A stretch of DNA of 52,112 nt, from NCBI GenBank assembly GCA_035289165.1, contig DATDYA010000012.1, positions 1-52,112 on the forward strand, given 5' to 3'. This stretch comes from Patescibacteria group bacterium. Its GTDB lineage: Bacteria; Patescibacteriota; Patescibacteriia; Magasanikbacterales; GWA2-37-8. The notes below the pieces were generated by a model that was not told the DNA's origin, made no database searches, and saw only the letters and a list, made by a program, of their open reading frames with translations. Below are positions 9,515-19,857 of the stretch, piece by piece. The first letter of the stretch is position 1, and each line of letters opens with the position of its first letter. Both the position numbers and the translations under genes were made by a program.

Positions 9515-9902
9515 TTATATAGTCATTGCCTCAACAATTGATTTATACCACTCTGGTTTCAACACCTTAATTTCGCTCACTGTTTTAATTCCCTTCCTAC
9601 TACAATGTTTACATACAGAAATAGCACCATAAAGTATCGACTTTATATTATGATAGGATAACGCCGGAGCTCCTATTAACTTTGTTTCAACTTTTAAACA
9701 ATGCTCCTTAATAATCTTTGACATTTCATCCACAGTCTTATCTCCATAAAGAGCCTCAAACTCTCTCTCTTTCTACCGACATTTCACTTCTTCTTATCTT
9801 CCATTGTTTTCTTGGCCTACCTCGTTCAACTTCTGGTAAATAATAATCGTCATGATCAATATAACTTTTCGGATCCAAATTTGGTTTAATTTCTGGAGGC
9901 AT
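9515..9902 (-). pseudogene. small ORF split by a frameshift inside an (AG)5 run; unknown function
   Basis: ATG 9902 opens MPPEIKPNLDPKSYIDHDDYYLPEVERGRPRKQWKIRRSEMSVERERV*, with TGA at 9756-9758. The track ORF 9515-9733 continues in the next frame (..EREFEALYGDKTVDEMSKIIKEH..). The two frames meet in ctctctctct at 9761-9770. Confidence 0.45.
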
Positions 9903-9911
9903 AAAAAATGT

Positions 9912-10559
9912 TTAAATCTCGCCTACTTTAAAAACTGTTTTCAATTTTTCGTCCAAATACTTTGTTGTCTCTATTCCTTTTGTCTTCCAATTTGTCGGAC
10001 AAAAAGACAGGAACTCTATTAACGAAAAATGTCCGTTTAATTGCGCGTCAATCGCCTTACTTAAATATTCTTGCATCTGCTTTGGATCATTCACCGCCGT
10101 ACGCGCCAAGTAAGCTTCGTTACTCGCCACGTTACGCAGTAACTCAGGACCATAAACCGGCTTTACACTTGGGTCGTTAATTCCAGTCGGTCCGATCTGT
10201 CCACCGGTCATCCCATAGACAGTATTATTAACCACTATGACTGTAACTGGCTCGTCGCGCCTCGCGGCATGGAACAAGCTCTGCCAACCAATGGCATAAG
10301 CTCCACCGTCACCGGACACGCCAAAACAAATCATGTCTTTTTTAGCTCTTTTAAAACCAAGCATGGTCGGCGTTACCCGACCATGGTGAGTCTGAAAGGT
10401 GTGAATCGGTAAATAATCCCAACCTAAAAGCGAACAACCAATGTCGAGCCCCATGACTGCTTTTTTTAAAAGACCCCTCTCTTCCAAAACTTTTCTAAGC
10501 ATCATTAAAACAATTGGGTGACCACAGCCAGGACAAAATTTTGCAGATTGTATCGGCAT
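9912..10559 (-). CDS. 2-oxoacid:ferredoxin oxidoreductase, beta (TPP-binding) subunit
   Basis: Motifs FCPGCGH, GVSGDGGAYAIG and VNNTVYGMTGGQ. Confidence 0.85.
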   Translation of the reverse strand: MPIQSAKFCPGCGHPIVLMMLRKVLEERGLLKKAVMGLDIGCSLLGWDYLPIHTFQTHHGRVTPTMLGFKRAKKDMICFGVSGDGGAYAIGWQSLFHAARRDEPVTVIVVNNTVYGMTGGQIGPTGINDPSVKPVYGPELLRNVASNEAYLARTAVNDPKQMQEYLSKAIDAQLNGHFSLIEFLSFCPTNWKTKGIETTKYLDEKLKTVFKVGEI

Positions 10560-10560
10560 A

Positions 10561-11598
10561 CTATTTAATCTTTTTAATATATTCTTCGATCTCTTCCGGT
10601 TCTATCCCTAGACCTGGTTTTTGTAAATACAAAATATCTGGTAAATTTTTGACCTTTATTTCATCGTGCACAAGGCGCGCCAACTGGCCATAACTAGATT
10701 CTATAATAATTACCTTTTTCCACTTCTTCGTTGCAAGCAATTTGTTTAAATTTTTAGCCGGAAACGGTCTCAGGGTCACCGGTCGGAATAGCCCAACTTT
10801 TTTCTTTTCTTTCCGTAGATTTAAAACTGCTGCTTCCGCACTAGCGCCAACCGTACCATGCGCGATAACCAAAATGTCTGCTTCTTTGGTACCAAGTTCA
10901 TAAGACGTTTCTACTTTGGTCTTTATCTTCGCATAATCTGTTTGGATCATTTCAAGCTTAGCATATAACTCTTCTTCGGTAGCAAAAATATTTGGCAAGT
11001 GAACCGCCCCATCTCTTCCGAATAAAGTCTTGGCCGGAATATTCTTCCTTAAAAGTTTGGGTTTTGTAAAAATACCTTGAGCCTTCAAAGCGTAACCATC
11101 GGTCAAAACAATGGTTGGGAATCCATACTGCCAAGCTTCATTAAAGGCTCGTCGCGTTAAGGTATATAATTCGTCTAGGCTAGCCGGTGAATATACCAAG
11201 CGAAATCCTTCTCCATTGCCACCATAACAGGCGAGGGTTACTTCTTGTTGAGAATATATGACCGTTCCCGACGATGGACCGCCGCGTTGGGCTGCGATTG
11301 TAACCATGGGAATGCGCATGGCTTCAGCCATGACTAGAGCATCTTGCATTAAAATATGACCCGGGCCAGATGTGGCTGTAAATACTTTTTCCCCTGCTAA
11401 GGCTCCACCCGCGACCGCAAAACCAGCGGCTATTTCGTCCTCAGTTTGTAAACACTTGCCCCCGGTCTTTTGCCAATTTTCTAAAATTTCGCTCGAAGGG
11501 GTAATCGGGTATCCATACATCATGGTCGCTCCCGCGTCTCGACAGGCCTGCACCACCACTTCGGCGCCGGTAATAAATTGTTTGTTGCTTTTTATCAT
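10561..11598 (-). CDS. 2-oxoacid:ferredoxin oxidoreductase, alpha subunit
   Basis: Motifs GYPITPSSEI, TEDEIAAG and AQRGGPSSG. Confidence 0.85.
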   Translation of the reverse strand: MIKSNKQFITGAEVVVQACRDAGATMMYGYPITPSSEILENWQKTGGKCLQTEDEIAAGFAVAGGALAGEKVFTATSGPGHILMQDALVMAEAMRIPMVTIAAQRGGPSSGTVIYSQQEVTLACYGGNGEGFRLVYSPASLDELYTLTRRAFNEAWQYGFPTIVLTDGYALKAQGIFTKPKLLRKNIPAKTLFGRDGAVHLPNIFATEEELYAKLEMIQTDYAKIKTKVETSYELGTKEADILVIAHGTVGASAEAAVLNLRKEKKKVGLFRPVTLRPFPAKNLNKLLATKKWKKVIIIESSYGQLARLVHDEIKVKNLPDILYLQKPGLGIEPEEIEEYIKKIK

Positions 11599-12368
11599 AT
11601 TGAATTAGCGACTCGTAAGGTTTCCGCTATATCTAAATGTTCTTTAGTATTAATCCCCAAAGCTTCGTGCGCGTCGACCACCACTGAAGAAATTTTATCT
11701 CCACGGGTAAAGGCCGCTTTCACTAAATCAGTTAAATAATATTCCTTTTGGGCATTCTCGTTTTTTAAATCCTTTAAATTTTTCCACAGCCAGTTGGCAT
11801 TAAAACAAAAAAATGACGTATTTACTTCTTTGATTTCTAACTCTTCTGGCGAAGCATCTTTCTTTTCTACGATTCCTATAACATGCCCCGTCACCGGATC
11901 TCGCTTGATGCGACCAAAATCATAAAACTGGGCTCGCCAATCTAAAAAGTCCGGCACCGTTACCGTCATAAGCGTCAAGACATTATGTTTTTCTCGATGT
12001 TTTTCCAGTAATTTTTTAATTGATTCCGGTGTAATAAAAGGCATGTCGCCATATAATACCACCACATCGTTGGCAAAACCATTTATCTTAGCTTCAGCCG
12101 CCAAAACTGCGTGCCCAGTTCCTAATTGTTCTTTTTGCACCACATATTCTGCTCGATCAACCAAGTATTCTTCTACAGCATGGTTGTCGGCGCAAACTAC
12201 GACCACCGGCTTTTGATCTAACTTAAGTGCTTCGGCGCACTTAACAACATGCTCAATGAGCGGAGAACCTTTGAGATCGTGCATTACTTTTAATTTATCA
12301 CTCTTCATTCTTGTCCCCTTTCCCGCCGCAAGAATTACTATTCCCACCTTAGTCAATTTTTCTGACAT
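11595..12368 (-). CDS. sugar-1-phosphate nucleotidyltransferase, GlmU N-terminal-domain-like (no acetyltransferase domain)
   Basis: Motifs ILAAGKGTRMKS, EQLGTGHAV and YGDMPFI. At 257 aa it is only long enough for the uridylyltransferase domain. Confidence 0.8.
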   Translation of the reverse strand: MSEKLTKVGIVILAAGKGTRMKSDKLKVMHDLKGSPLIEHVVKCAEALKLDQKPVVVVCADNHAVEEYLVDRAEYVVQKEQLGTGHAVLAAEAKINGFANDVVVLYGDMPFITPESIKKLLEKHREKHNVLTLMTVTVPDFLDWRAQFYDFGRIKRDPVTGHVIGIVEKKDASPEELEIKEVNTSFFCFNANWLWKNLKDLKNENAQKEYYLTDLVKAAFTRGDKISSVVVDAHEALGINTKEHLDIAETLRVANSI

Positions 12369-12993
12369 ATTGGCTAATTTCAGTTAATGTTTTAAAGAAT
12401 GGCATGCCACTTTCTTTATACTCCTCAATTTTTGTTCGGGGATTAACTTTGGCAATCACTTTCAGCCAAGGCAGAGTTTCTTTAATAAGCTTGTTTTCTC
12501 TTAAACTATCGTTTATAAACAACGCGTTGGTTTTTCTTGGTAAAATTTTAATAATTGCCTTCTGCTTTTCATAATGCGGGATCATTATTACATCAAAAAA
12601 ATTTTGCAGGCCGACTGATCGTAACTTCTTCATCTGAAAAACTTTATTACCGGCTGTCACGAGTATTATTTTTTTCCCAACCTCGCGCATTTTGTCAAGA
12701 AACTTTAAAGAATCAGGAAAAAGATAATCATTTCTAAACAATTGATCTAGTTCTTCTTCGGTCTCTTTTTTAAATTTATAACCAAGGTCTTGCAAGGCTG
12801 TCAGGTGATTCTTAAACGTATAGTCATAATAACCAACTGGGCCAGTCTTATTACCATGAATGGCGAATAGATAAGAATGAACAAAATCGTCTTCTTTTAC
12901 GCCTATGGCGTAAAAAATCTTTTTCGTGTCAGCAACAAATCTTCTTGTGTCAAAAATTGTGTGGTCAAGATCAATAAAAACAATCTTAAACAT
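12349..12993 (-). CDS. HAD-superfamily hydrolase
   Basis: Motif I FIDLDHTIFDT. I place the start at MFKIVF (12993), just after the upstream stop at 12996. Confidence 0.7.
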   Translation of the reverse strand: MFKIVFIDLDHTIFDTRRFVADTKKIFYAIGVKEDDFVHSYLFAIHGNKTGPVGYYDYTFKNHLTALQDLGYKFKKETEEELDQLFRNDYLFPDSLKFLDKMREVGKKIILVTAGNKVFQMKKLRSVGLQNFFDVIMIPHYEKQKAIIKILPRKTNALFINDSLRENKLIKETLPWLKVIAKVNPRTKIEEYKESGMPFFKTLTEISQYVRKID

Positions 12994-12995
12994 AT

Positions 12996-13814
12996 CTACT
13001 TCCCTAAAGTAATGTTGCAAATTTCAGCAAATCTGTTCCGGGCAATAGTTTGCAAAAAATCTTTCCGCGCCTCCCCTGTGTAATTGGCCATTTCTTGCCA
13101 TATCGCTCGACCCGCTAAAAACCCTTGCGCTCCAGCGTCAATGGCTGTTTTTAGCTGTTCCTTGAACACATCATATGGCTCACCGCGTGTTAATAAAATC
13201 CAGGGCACCGCACCGACCTTGGCGGTTATCTCGCGACAAGATTCTGCCCCCCCAGGATATTCTAATTTCCAAACGTCCGGGATAACGCTGTTATCTAAAA
13301 ATAAATCCAATGACCGACTAATCCATACAGCTCGGCTCCCTCCTTTTTCTTCGTTCCCATAAGTTACAATTTCTAAAAACAATGGCAGACCATTTTTATG
13401 CGAATCTTCGAGCGCCTCTTTCGCGATTTCTAATTGCTTATCGGTATTACTCGCTTCCGGGTTAAGATAGACAAGTAATTTAGTTCCCGCCGCCCCCAGC
13501 TTTTTTAAATCTTCCACTTTATAACCTAAAACTGTTTCCCGCTCTCCCTTTACCTCTTCATACCCACTCTTTTCAAGACAGAGTAAATACGGCTTAACTT
13601 TTTTAGTGTAAGCTGGGAGACCCCAATCTGGGTCAACCAAGACGCCACTAAACAAATCTTCGACCGAGTCTATTATCTCTTTCTTCGCTCCGATAACCTC
13701 AGCATCAGTTAAATTTTCTGGCGCTTCTTTATCTATGAATTTTTTAAAACTGCCCCGATGGTCAAGGGCAAGCATTAAATACTTTCCATCTTTCGTAAAT
13801 AATTTGGTATCCAT
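12996..13814 (-). CDS. class I aldolase, LacD/tagatose-bisphosphate aldolase family
   Basis: LALDHRGSFKKF and VLVDPDWGLPAY parallel the LacD motifs AFDQRGALK and LLDPEYGLPA, recalled from memory. Confidence 0.6.
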   Translation of the reverse strand: MDTKLFTKDGKYLMLALDHRGSFKKFIDKEAPENLTDAEVIGAKKEIIDSVEDLFSGVLVDPDWGLPAYTKKVKPYLLCLEKSGYEEVKGERETVLGYKVEDLKKLGAAGTKLLVYLNPEASNTDKQLEIAKEALEDSHKNGLPLFLEIVTYGNEEKGGSRAVWISRSLDLFLDNSVIPDVWKLEYPGGAESCREITAKVGAVPWILLTRGEPYDVFKEQLKTAIDAGAQGFLAGRAIWQEMANYTGEARKDFLQTIARNRFAEICNITLGK

Positions 13815-13831
13815 AACTTTAAAATTAGTTA

Positions 13832-14488
13832 TTACTTCTCGCCAGCGCTTTCCTTTAAAAATTCTTCCATATACATCTTTAAAAACCCCAAACGACGTAC
13901 AGCAAATTTCTTGGCTGTTTCCGTATTCATCATGCCAGGCAACTTAAGCACCTTCTCATAAAAATAATTGAAGCTGGTCCCTTCCCGTTTCTTGTGCTGA
14001 TAATCGTCTTTGGTGAGTTTATGCCGAGGTTTCCTCTTTGGATCATAGATTATTCTTTTAATCCTACCTCCTGTAGCAAAAGTTCGTGCTATCCCCACTG
14101 CTCCCAAAGCTTCTAACCAATCGGCATCTTGTAATATTTTTCCTTCCAAAGTTTTGGGCACAATAGTTTCATCCGCGTTATACTGTGCTTCGGACACAAT
14201 ATCTATTATCTTGTCCTGTAAATCACTTTCTAAACCTAAGACGTCCATCATGCCGTGTAAAACCAACGACCCTTTAATTTCATTAAACTCGTGCTGTTTA
14301 TAGTCTCCCAAATCATGCAGGAGGGCGGCTAGTTCTATCAAAAATAAATCCCCACCTTCCTTGGCTTGAATTATCTTGGCCATTTTCCAAACTCTCTCTA
14401 CATGCCACCAGTCGTGTCCAGTCGGCTCGTTTTCCAGTTTCAGCCTCACATAGTCCGCTGTTTTTCTTATCAAAGGCTGGTGATTCAT
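13832..14488 (-). CDS. HD-domain phosphohydrolase
   Basis: GHDWWHVERV and LLHDLGDYK (HD motif). Confidence 0.75.
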   Translation of the reverse strand: MNHQPLIRKTADYVRLKLENEPTGHDWWHVERVWKMAKIIQAKEGGDLFLIELAALLHDLGDYKQHEFNEIKGSLVLHGMMDVLGLESDLQDKIIDIVSEAQYNADETIVPKTLEGKILQDADWLEALGAVGIARTFATGGRIKRIIYDPKRKPRHKLTKDDYQHKKREGTSFNYFYEKVLKLPGMMNTETAKKFAVRRLGFLKMYMEEFLKESAGEK

Positions 14489-14498
14489 AAGATTTTTT

Positions 14499-14550
14499 TA
14501 ATGGTAAACTGTCTCTAGTTTACCATTAAAAAGAACCTTTGAAAAGGTTC
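14499..14550 (-). terminator. two tandem hairpins downstream of the 5S rRNA
   Basis: gaacctt-tgaa-aaggttc, followed on the minus strand by TTTTT. Then a 12-bp stem ttaatggtaaac / gtttaccattaa. Confidence 0.6.
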
Positions 14551-14579
14551 CTTCGCCCTTGATTTTAGCAACAAAAAAA

Positions 14580-14703
14580 GGCCATTGTCCTGGCGACGGC
14601 CTACTTTTGCCTTACGGCTATCATCGGCGCTGATAGGCTTAACTTCTGTGTTCGGGATGGGAACAGGTGTGACCCTATCGCTTGTGTCACCAAGACAATG
14701 ACC
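14580..14703 (-). rRNA. rrf: 5S rRNA
   Basis: The reverse complement contains the 5S signature CCCATCCCGAACACAGAAGTTAAGC. The ends pair (ggtcattgtcttggtgac / gtcgccaggacaatggcc). Confidence 0.9.
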
Positions 14704-15030
14704 TTTTTTGTATAACAATTAACTAGAGAGAAAGCACTTCTTAATGCTTTCGTTGTACGCTCGACCGATTAGTACGCCTCGGCTCAACATATTACTATGC
14801 TTATACCTAGCGCCTATCAACCTCGTAGTCTACAAGGAGTCTATAACGAATGTTAATCTTGAAGACGGCTTCACGCTTAGATGCTTTCAGCGTTTATCCG
14901 TGCCGAACATAGCTACCCAGCAATGCCCCTGATGGAACAACTGGTACACTAGAGGTTCGTCCATTCCGGTCCTCTCGTACTAGGAATGAGCCTTCTCAAC
15001 ATTCTACGCCCGCAACAGATAGGAGACCGA

Positions 15031-15347
15031 CAATTATGTTACATTCTCTTTCGAGACGGCATGTCATTTCTGACATACTCTGCATGTCGCCATGCAGTTC
15101 GGACTATATCTTATCCCAACTCGGGATTCTAGCGTATAGTCTCTGAGGATTCTAGCTATTTTATAAAAATAGCTAGTCTTTCCTGCTGATTGTCTGCACT
15201 CAACACATTTTCACTAGTGGAACTTACCACTTAGTAGTGTGAGATTCACAAGCCTCACTCCTAAATGAGACTTCCAGAGTTTCCAGCATTTGGCTAGATT
15301 TAAGGACAGCATGGTCTCTTTTTTGGCTAATATTAGCCAAACTACCT
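15031..15347 (-). mobile_element. group I intron (ORF-less) in 23S domain V, after the residue I align to E. coli U2604
   Basis: The exon sequence GTCGTGAGACAGT|TCGGTCTCCTATC is split. The upstream exon ends in U and the intron ends in G (complement of c15031). The core motif AAGATATAGTCC is present (RC of ggactatatctt at about 15100). Confidence 0.75.
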
Positions 15348-15391
<44 letters not shown>

Positions 15392-15440
15392 TGGCGAACA
15401 GCCAAACCCTTGGGAGCTTCTCCACCCCCAGGATGCGATG

Positions 15441-15715
15441 CACATTATTCCATTATTACTAATGGTGCAGACTATATCTTCATCCTTCAAAAAACGAAGG
15501 AGTCCGGCGTATTATAGTGGGCATAAATTTCTTTTTGCAAAGAGTGCCCGACTATCTAGGTCAAATGACCTCAGTCGTTACGGGGTCAATCTCAATAAAA
15601 TTGAGACGACTTCCCACGGTATTGTCCTACCCAAAATGGGTTACATTGAAATAGGAGTTCACCGTTATTAGCCAGATTATTCGTTCCAGATTACTCTGGA
15701 AGCGACCCTAATTTG
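15441..15715 (-). mobile_element. group I intron (ORF-less) in the 23S peptidyl-transferase centre, after about U2511
   Basis: Splits GTCGGCT|CATCGCATCC. The upstream exon ends in U and the terminal intron G is the complement of c15441. Core AAGATATAGTCTGC is present (RC at about 15467). Confidence 0.75.
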
Positions 15716-15726
15716 AGCCGACATCG

Positions 15727-16611
15727 CTGTCGGAACTATTCCACGATTTCTCATGGCGCAGACTATATCTTCATCTTGCTCTGGATCGTAGCTGTTTACT
15801 TTTTTAACAGCATAATCTCAGTTTTATTTGCAAGCGTCGGCGTATTGCGGTTTGTGTTAAAAACCGCCTCCCCTTTCGGGTCAGTCGTTACGGGGTCAAG
15901 CAATCTTATATTTCATGGATGGAATTATGTATTGTTCGAGATTAAATTTTAATCTACTATAACTTTTCGATGGGATATAAATACAATAGGAATCTTGGTG
16001 CTTTTGAATATTAGAGTCTATCCCTAGCTTCAAAAGGCTTTTCCTAATTGTGCTCTGTTCGTATTTATCGTACCCTTGAGTATTTAATCTCAAAGCTCGA
16101 CAATCGTTCCTTTTATATCCGTCATCCATAATCCAAACTGCTAATATCATCCAATTAATTATCCTTGGAAGTTTTTTTGGAATTACTTTCTTACCTTTAT
16201 TGTAGAATAACTTGTAATAATTCTTCAGAACGGAGGAAGCTCTAGTCCTCACTATTACATGAGAATAAATTTTTCCGGTCCTTCTGTCTAAACGATCCTT
16301 TTCTACAACACTTGGAAAAAACTCTTTCAAATAACTTGCCTTCCATTCTACATATTCTTTTTGTTTAGAAGAATGATCGGCTATTAATCGATAATTTTTT
16401 CCATTAAGCTCCAAAAAACCATCACCCAGCAAAGTGCCGAGTATGATATTTCGCTGAAATACATCTTGCCGACTTCCCACGGTATTGCCGTGCAAATTCG
16501 CTTCCATAAATTAAATTTATGTAAGAATTATACCATGAATTTGCTTACGGTTCCACCGTTATAAGCCGAATTTTTGGTACAGTGTTTCTACTGTAGCACC
16601 CCGATGTGTTA
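15727..16611 (-). mobile_element. group I intron with a LAGLIDADG homing-endonuclease ORF, after about U2500
   Basis: Splits GGCACCT|CGATGTCGGCT. The terminal G is the complement of c15727. Core AAGATATAGTCTGC is present (RC at about 15757). The ORF sits in a peripheral loop between the conserved elements cagtcgttacggggtc and ttcccacggtatt. Confidence 0.85.
15896..16507 (-). CDS. double-motif LAGLIDADG homing endonuclease (intron-encoded)
   Basis: LGTLLGDGFLE and AVWIMDDGYK motifs. 203 aa, located inside the group I intron. Confidence 0.85.
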   Translation of the reverse strand: MEANLHGNTVGSRQDVFQRNIILGTLLGDGFLELNGKNYRLIADHSSKQKEYVEWKASYLKEFFPSVVEKDRLDRRTGKIYSHVIVRTRASSVLKNYYKLFYNKGKKVIPKKLPRIINWMILAVWIMDDGYKRNDCRALRLNTQGYDKYEQSTIRKSLLKLGIDSNIQKHQDSYCIYIPSKSYSRLKFNLEQYIIPSMKYKIA

Positions 16612-17137
16612 AGGTGCCAAACCTGGCCGTCTATATGGACTATCGGGCCAGATCAGCCTGTTATCCCCGGAGTAGCTTTTATCCGTTGATCTTCCACCTT
16701 CCTATGAAGAGTGGTCGGTTCACTTACTTCTGCTTTCGCAACTGCTCGGGTTGTAGCCCTTGCAGTAAAGCCAGCTTTTGCGTATGCACGTCCAGCTCGA
16801 TTTCCATCCGAGCTAAGCTGACCTTTGTAAACGCCTCCGTTACATTTTGGGAGGCAACCGCCCCAGTTAAACTACCCATCAGCCACTGTCTTCTCTTCCG
16901 GATAACGGAAGAAAATTAGGAATAAAATTAGGTAAGGGTGGTGTCTCATTGGCGCCTTGCGGCTCCCACCTACGCTGAACATACCTAACCTTATCCCAAT
17001 AGCAAATTGTAGTAAAGCTTCACGGGGTCTTTTCGTCTAGTTGCGGGTAAGAGGCATCTTCACCTCTCTTGCAATTTCACCGAGTCCTTCGTTGAGACAG
17101 TCCTCATATCGTTATGCCATTCGTGCAGGTCGGAACT

Positions 17138-17397
17138 CCATTTGTTATCATCTTGTTACCAAGATGTTCAGACTATACCTTCATCTTATTAATCTTTAAT
17201 TAATAAGAGCTGACGTGTTAGCCAATTTTATTGGCTCTCGCCTTTCGGCTCAGTCGTTACGGGTCTCTCAAAAAGTGAGAGTTCCCACGGTATTACCCGT
17301 TGTTGCCAACGGCGCTCCACCGTTATGAGTCAGTGTGCTTGTGTCATGTCACCACGACACTCGGGCAAGTTATCATCCGACCAGAATGATTTAGTTC
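17138..17397 (-). mobile_element. group I intron (ORF-less), after about U1951; the boundary at 17138 is uncertain by 1 nt
   Basis: Splits CTTGTCGGGT|(G)AGTTCCGACCTGCACGAATGG. Core AAGGTATAGTCTGAAC is present (RC at about 17168). Shares the cagtcgttacggg...ttcccacggtatt elements with the introns at 15441 and 15727. Confidence 0.7.
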
Positions 17398-17417
17398 ACC
17401 CGACAAGGAATTTCGCT

Positions 17418-17682
17418 CAGCGCTTCCTTTTAATGGCGTTGGACTATATCTTCACCCTATTCTTAAGGGGCATAGCGTTTAGTCTCTGAGGGGATCGACT
17501 TTCAATCGATCTTCCCTGCTGATTGCCTTCTTCAGGTTCCCAGCATATAGCTATGATTGGATTATTCTTCACATTACTGTGAAGTAAGGCAGCTTTTAAA
17601 TGGCTATTTTTTTACTCTGCATATTCATGACTGTGTTCTATATCCGTCCCAATCCTAGTGAATTCAATTTCTTGGATCCACT
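17418..17682 (-). mobile_element. group I intron (ORF-less), after about U1931
   Basis: Splits CCGTCCTAAGGT|AGCGAAATTCC. The terminal G is the complement of c17418. Core AAGATATAGTCC is present (RC at about 17441). Shares tagtctctgagg and cttccctgctgattg blocks with the intron at 15031. Confidence 0.75.
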
Positions 17683-18467
17683 ACCTTAGGACGGTTATAG
17701 TTACCGCCGGCGTTCATCAGCGCTTCGGTTCAGAGCTTGCACTCCTCCCCTTAACGTTCTGACACTGGCCAGGCATCACCCCCTATACTTCAGCTTACGC
17801 TTTTGCAGGGAGCTGTGTTTTTGGTAAACAGTCGCATGAGGTCTTTTGTTGTAACCCTGATAAATCAGGGTGGGCCTTATCCCGAAGTTACGGCCGCTGT
17901 ATTGCAGAGTTCCTTAACGAAGGTTCTCTCGTACGCCTTGGTCTACTCGACCTATCCACCTGTGTCGGTTTAAGTACGGTTATTTGCCGCTTAACGGTTC
18001 CAACCTTTTCTAGGCACCTCATCCCTTTAAGTTGACTCTACCCGGAGGCTTTGTCTTCATCTTGCGAAACGTGCATATTCGAAACACGCTTAAAGTTTAA
18101 AGATGCGCAGTTGAAACCAAACGGCAAACAGTGCAGGAATATTAACCTGCTCGTCCATCGACTACCCCGCCTGACGGCGGACTCACCTTAGGACCGACTA
18201 ACCCTGGGTCGATTCTCGTTGCCCAGGAAACCTTAGATTTTCGGCGCCAGGGATTCTCACCCTGGTTTTTGCTACTTATGCCTGCATTCTCACTTCCTAA
18301 CACTCCACCATGACTCACGTCTATGGCTTCAGTGCGTTAGGAACGTTCCTCTACCACCCAGCGTGGGGCGAACCCCACTCTGAATTCGCAGCTTCGGTAC
18401 CATATTTTAGCCCCGGTACATTTTCGGCGCGAAAACTCTTGACCAGTGAGCTGTTACGCTTTCTTTA

Positions 18468-18504
<37 letters not shown>

Positions 18505-19825
18505 GAGAATTAACACCACCTTTTACACTTAATATGGATTTAGGGACCTTAGCTAGCGATCTGGGCTGTTTCCCTTTTGAAAACGGCGCTTAGCCGTCGC
18601 TTTCTGACTCCTGTGTTTTGATCTCCGGCATTCGGAGTTTGATTGAAAACGGTATCCCGAAGGACCCAGTTCTCATCCAGTGCTCTACCACCGGAGGGAT
18701 CACACAAGGCTAGCCCTAGAGCTATTTCGAGGAAAACCAGCTATTACCGAGTTCGATTAGAATTTCTCTCCTATCCACAACTCATCCCCGCATGTTGCAC
18801 GGTGCGTGGGTTCGGACCTCCTCTCAACTTTCGTTGAGATTCATCCTGGTCATGGATTGCTCACCCGGTTTCGGGTTATGTGCATGCCACCTAGTCGCCC
18901 GTTAAGACTCGCTTTCGCTCTGCCTTCGGACCAGAGGCCCTTAAGCAAGCGACATACACATACTCGCAGGCTCATTCTTCAATAGGAATACAGTCACCCT
19001 TACGGGCTCCTGCTCTTTGTAGGCACACGGTTTCAGATACTATTTCATCGCCCTCTCCGGGCTGCTTTTCACCTTTCCCTCGTGGTACTTGTCCACTATC
19101 GATCACCAAATGTATTTAGCCTTAGACCATAGTCGGCCCAGGTTCAGACGGAATTTCACGAGTTCCGCCCTACTCAAGAGCATAAGCCATGATAAATTAA
19201 CTCCTTTCACATACGGGACTATTACCCTCTGTGGTTGTTCTTTCCAGAACATTCTACTAGGAAAGCTAATTGGTCACCTGACTGCACAGAAAGTCAGCGC
19301 TTATGTCTTACAACACCTTATAAGCAACGGTCTGCACCTTTAATTTGCAAATCATAAATTAATCCGAAGACTAACCACTTTTTGCAAAAACACTGTATAA
19401 GGTTTGGGCTTTTCCCTGTTCGCTCGCCACTACTGAGGGAATCTCTGCGATTTCTTCTCCTCTGGCTACTGAGATGTTTCACTTCGCCAGGTCTTCTCCA
19501 TACACCTATGTATTCAGTGTACAGTACTGCCTCGCGGCAGTGGGTTACCCCATTAGGACATTCCCGGATCAAAGGTTGCTTGGGACCTCCCCGAGACTTT
19601 TCGCACCCTGCGACGTCCTTCTTCGTCATTTGGTGTCTAGGCATCCACCGTGCGCCCTTGTTGAAATTGCGCACAACGAAAACACTAAATTGTGCTTTCG
19701 TTTTGTATATATTATATACCTACATTACCCTAGTTAATTGTCAAAGTACTTTCCGTTACTTCCAACACTCTCATTCGATCTCAAGCGAACTCTTTTTAAA
19801 GCCCTCGCTTCAGACCGAATTAATT

Positions 19826-19857
19826 TTGAAAAGAAAAGAACCGCACGAGCGGTTCTT
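19826..19857 (-). terminator. intrinsic terminator-like hairpin upstream of the 23S
   Basis: Minus-strand sense reads aagaaccgc-tcgt-gcggttctt followed by ttcttttc. Confidence 0.5.

Noticed and set aside
19711-19744. TTGACA ... TATAAT pair just upstream of the 23S 5' end, considered as the rRNA promoter.
   Set aside because: The spacing between the hexamers is 22 nt, too long for a sigma70-type promoter. The element at 20059-20087 has canonical 17-nt spacing.
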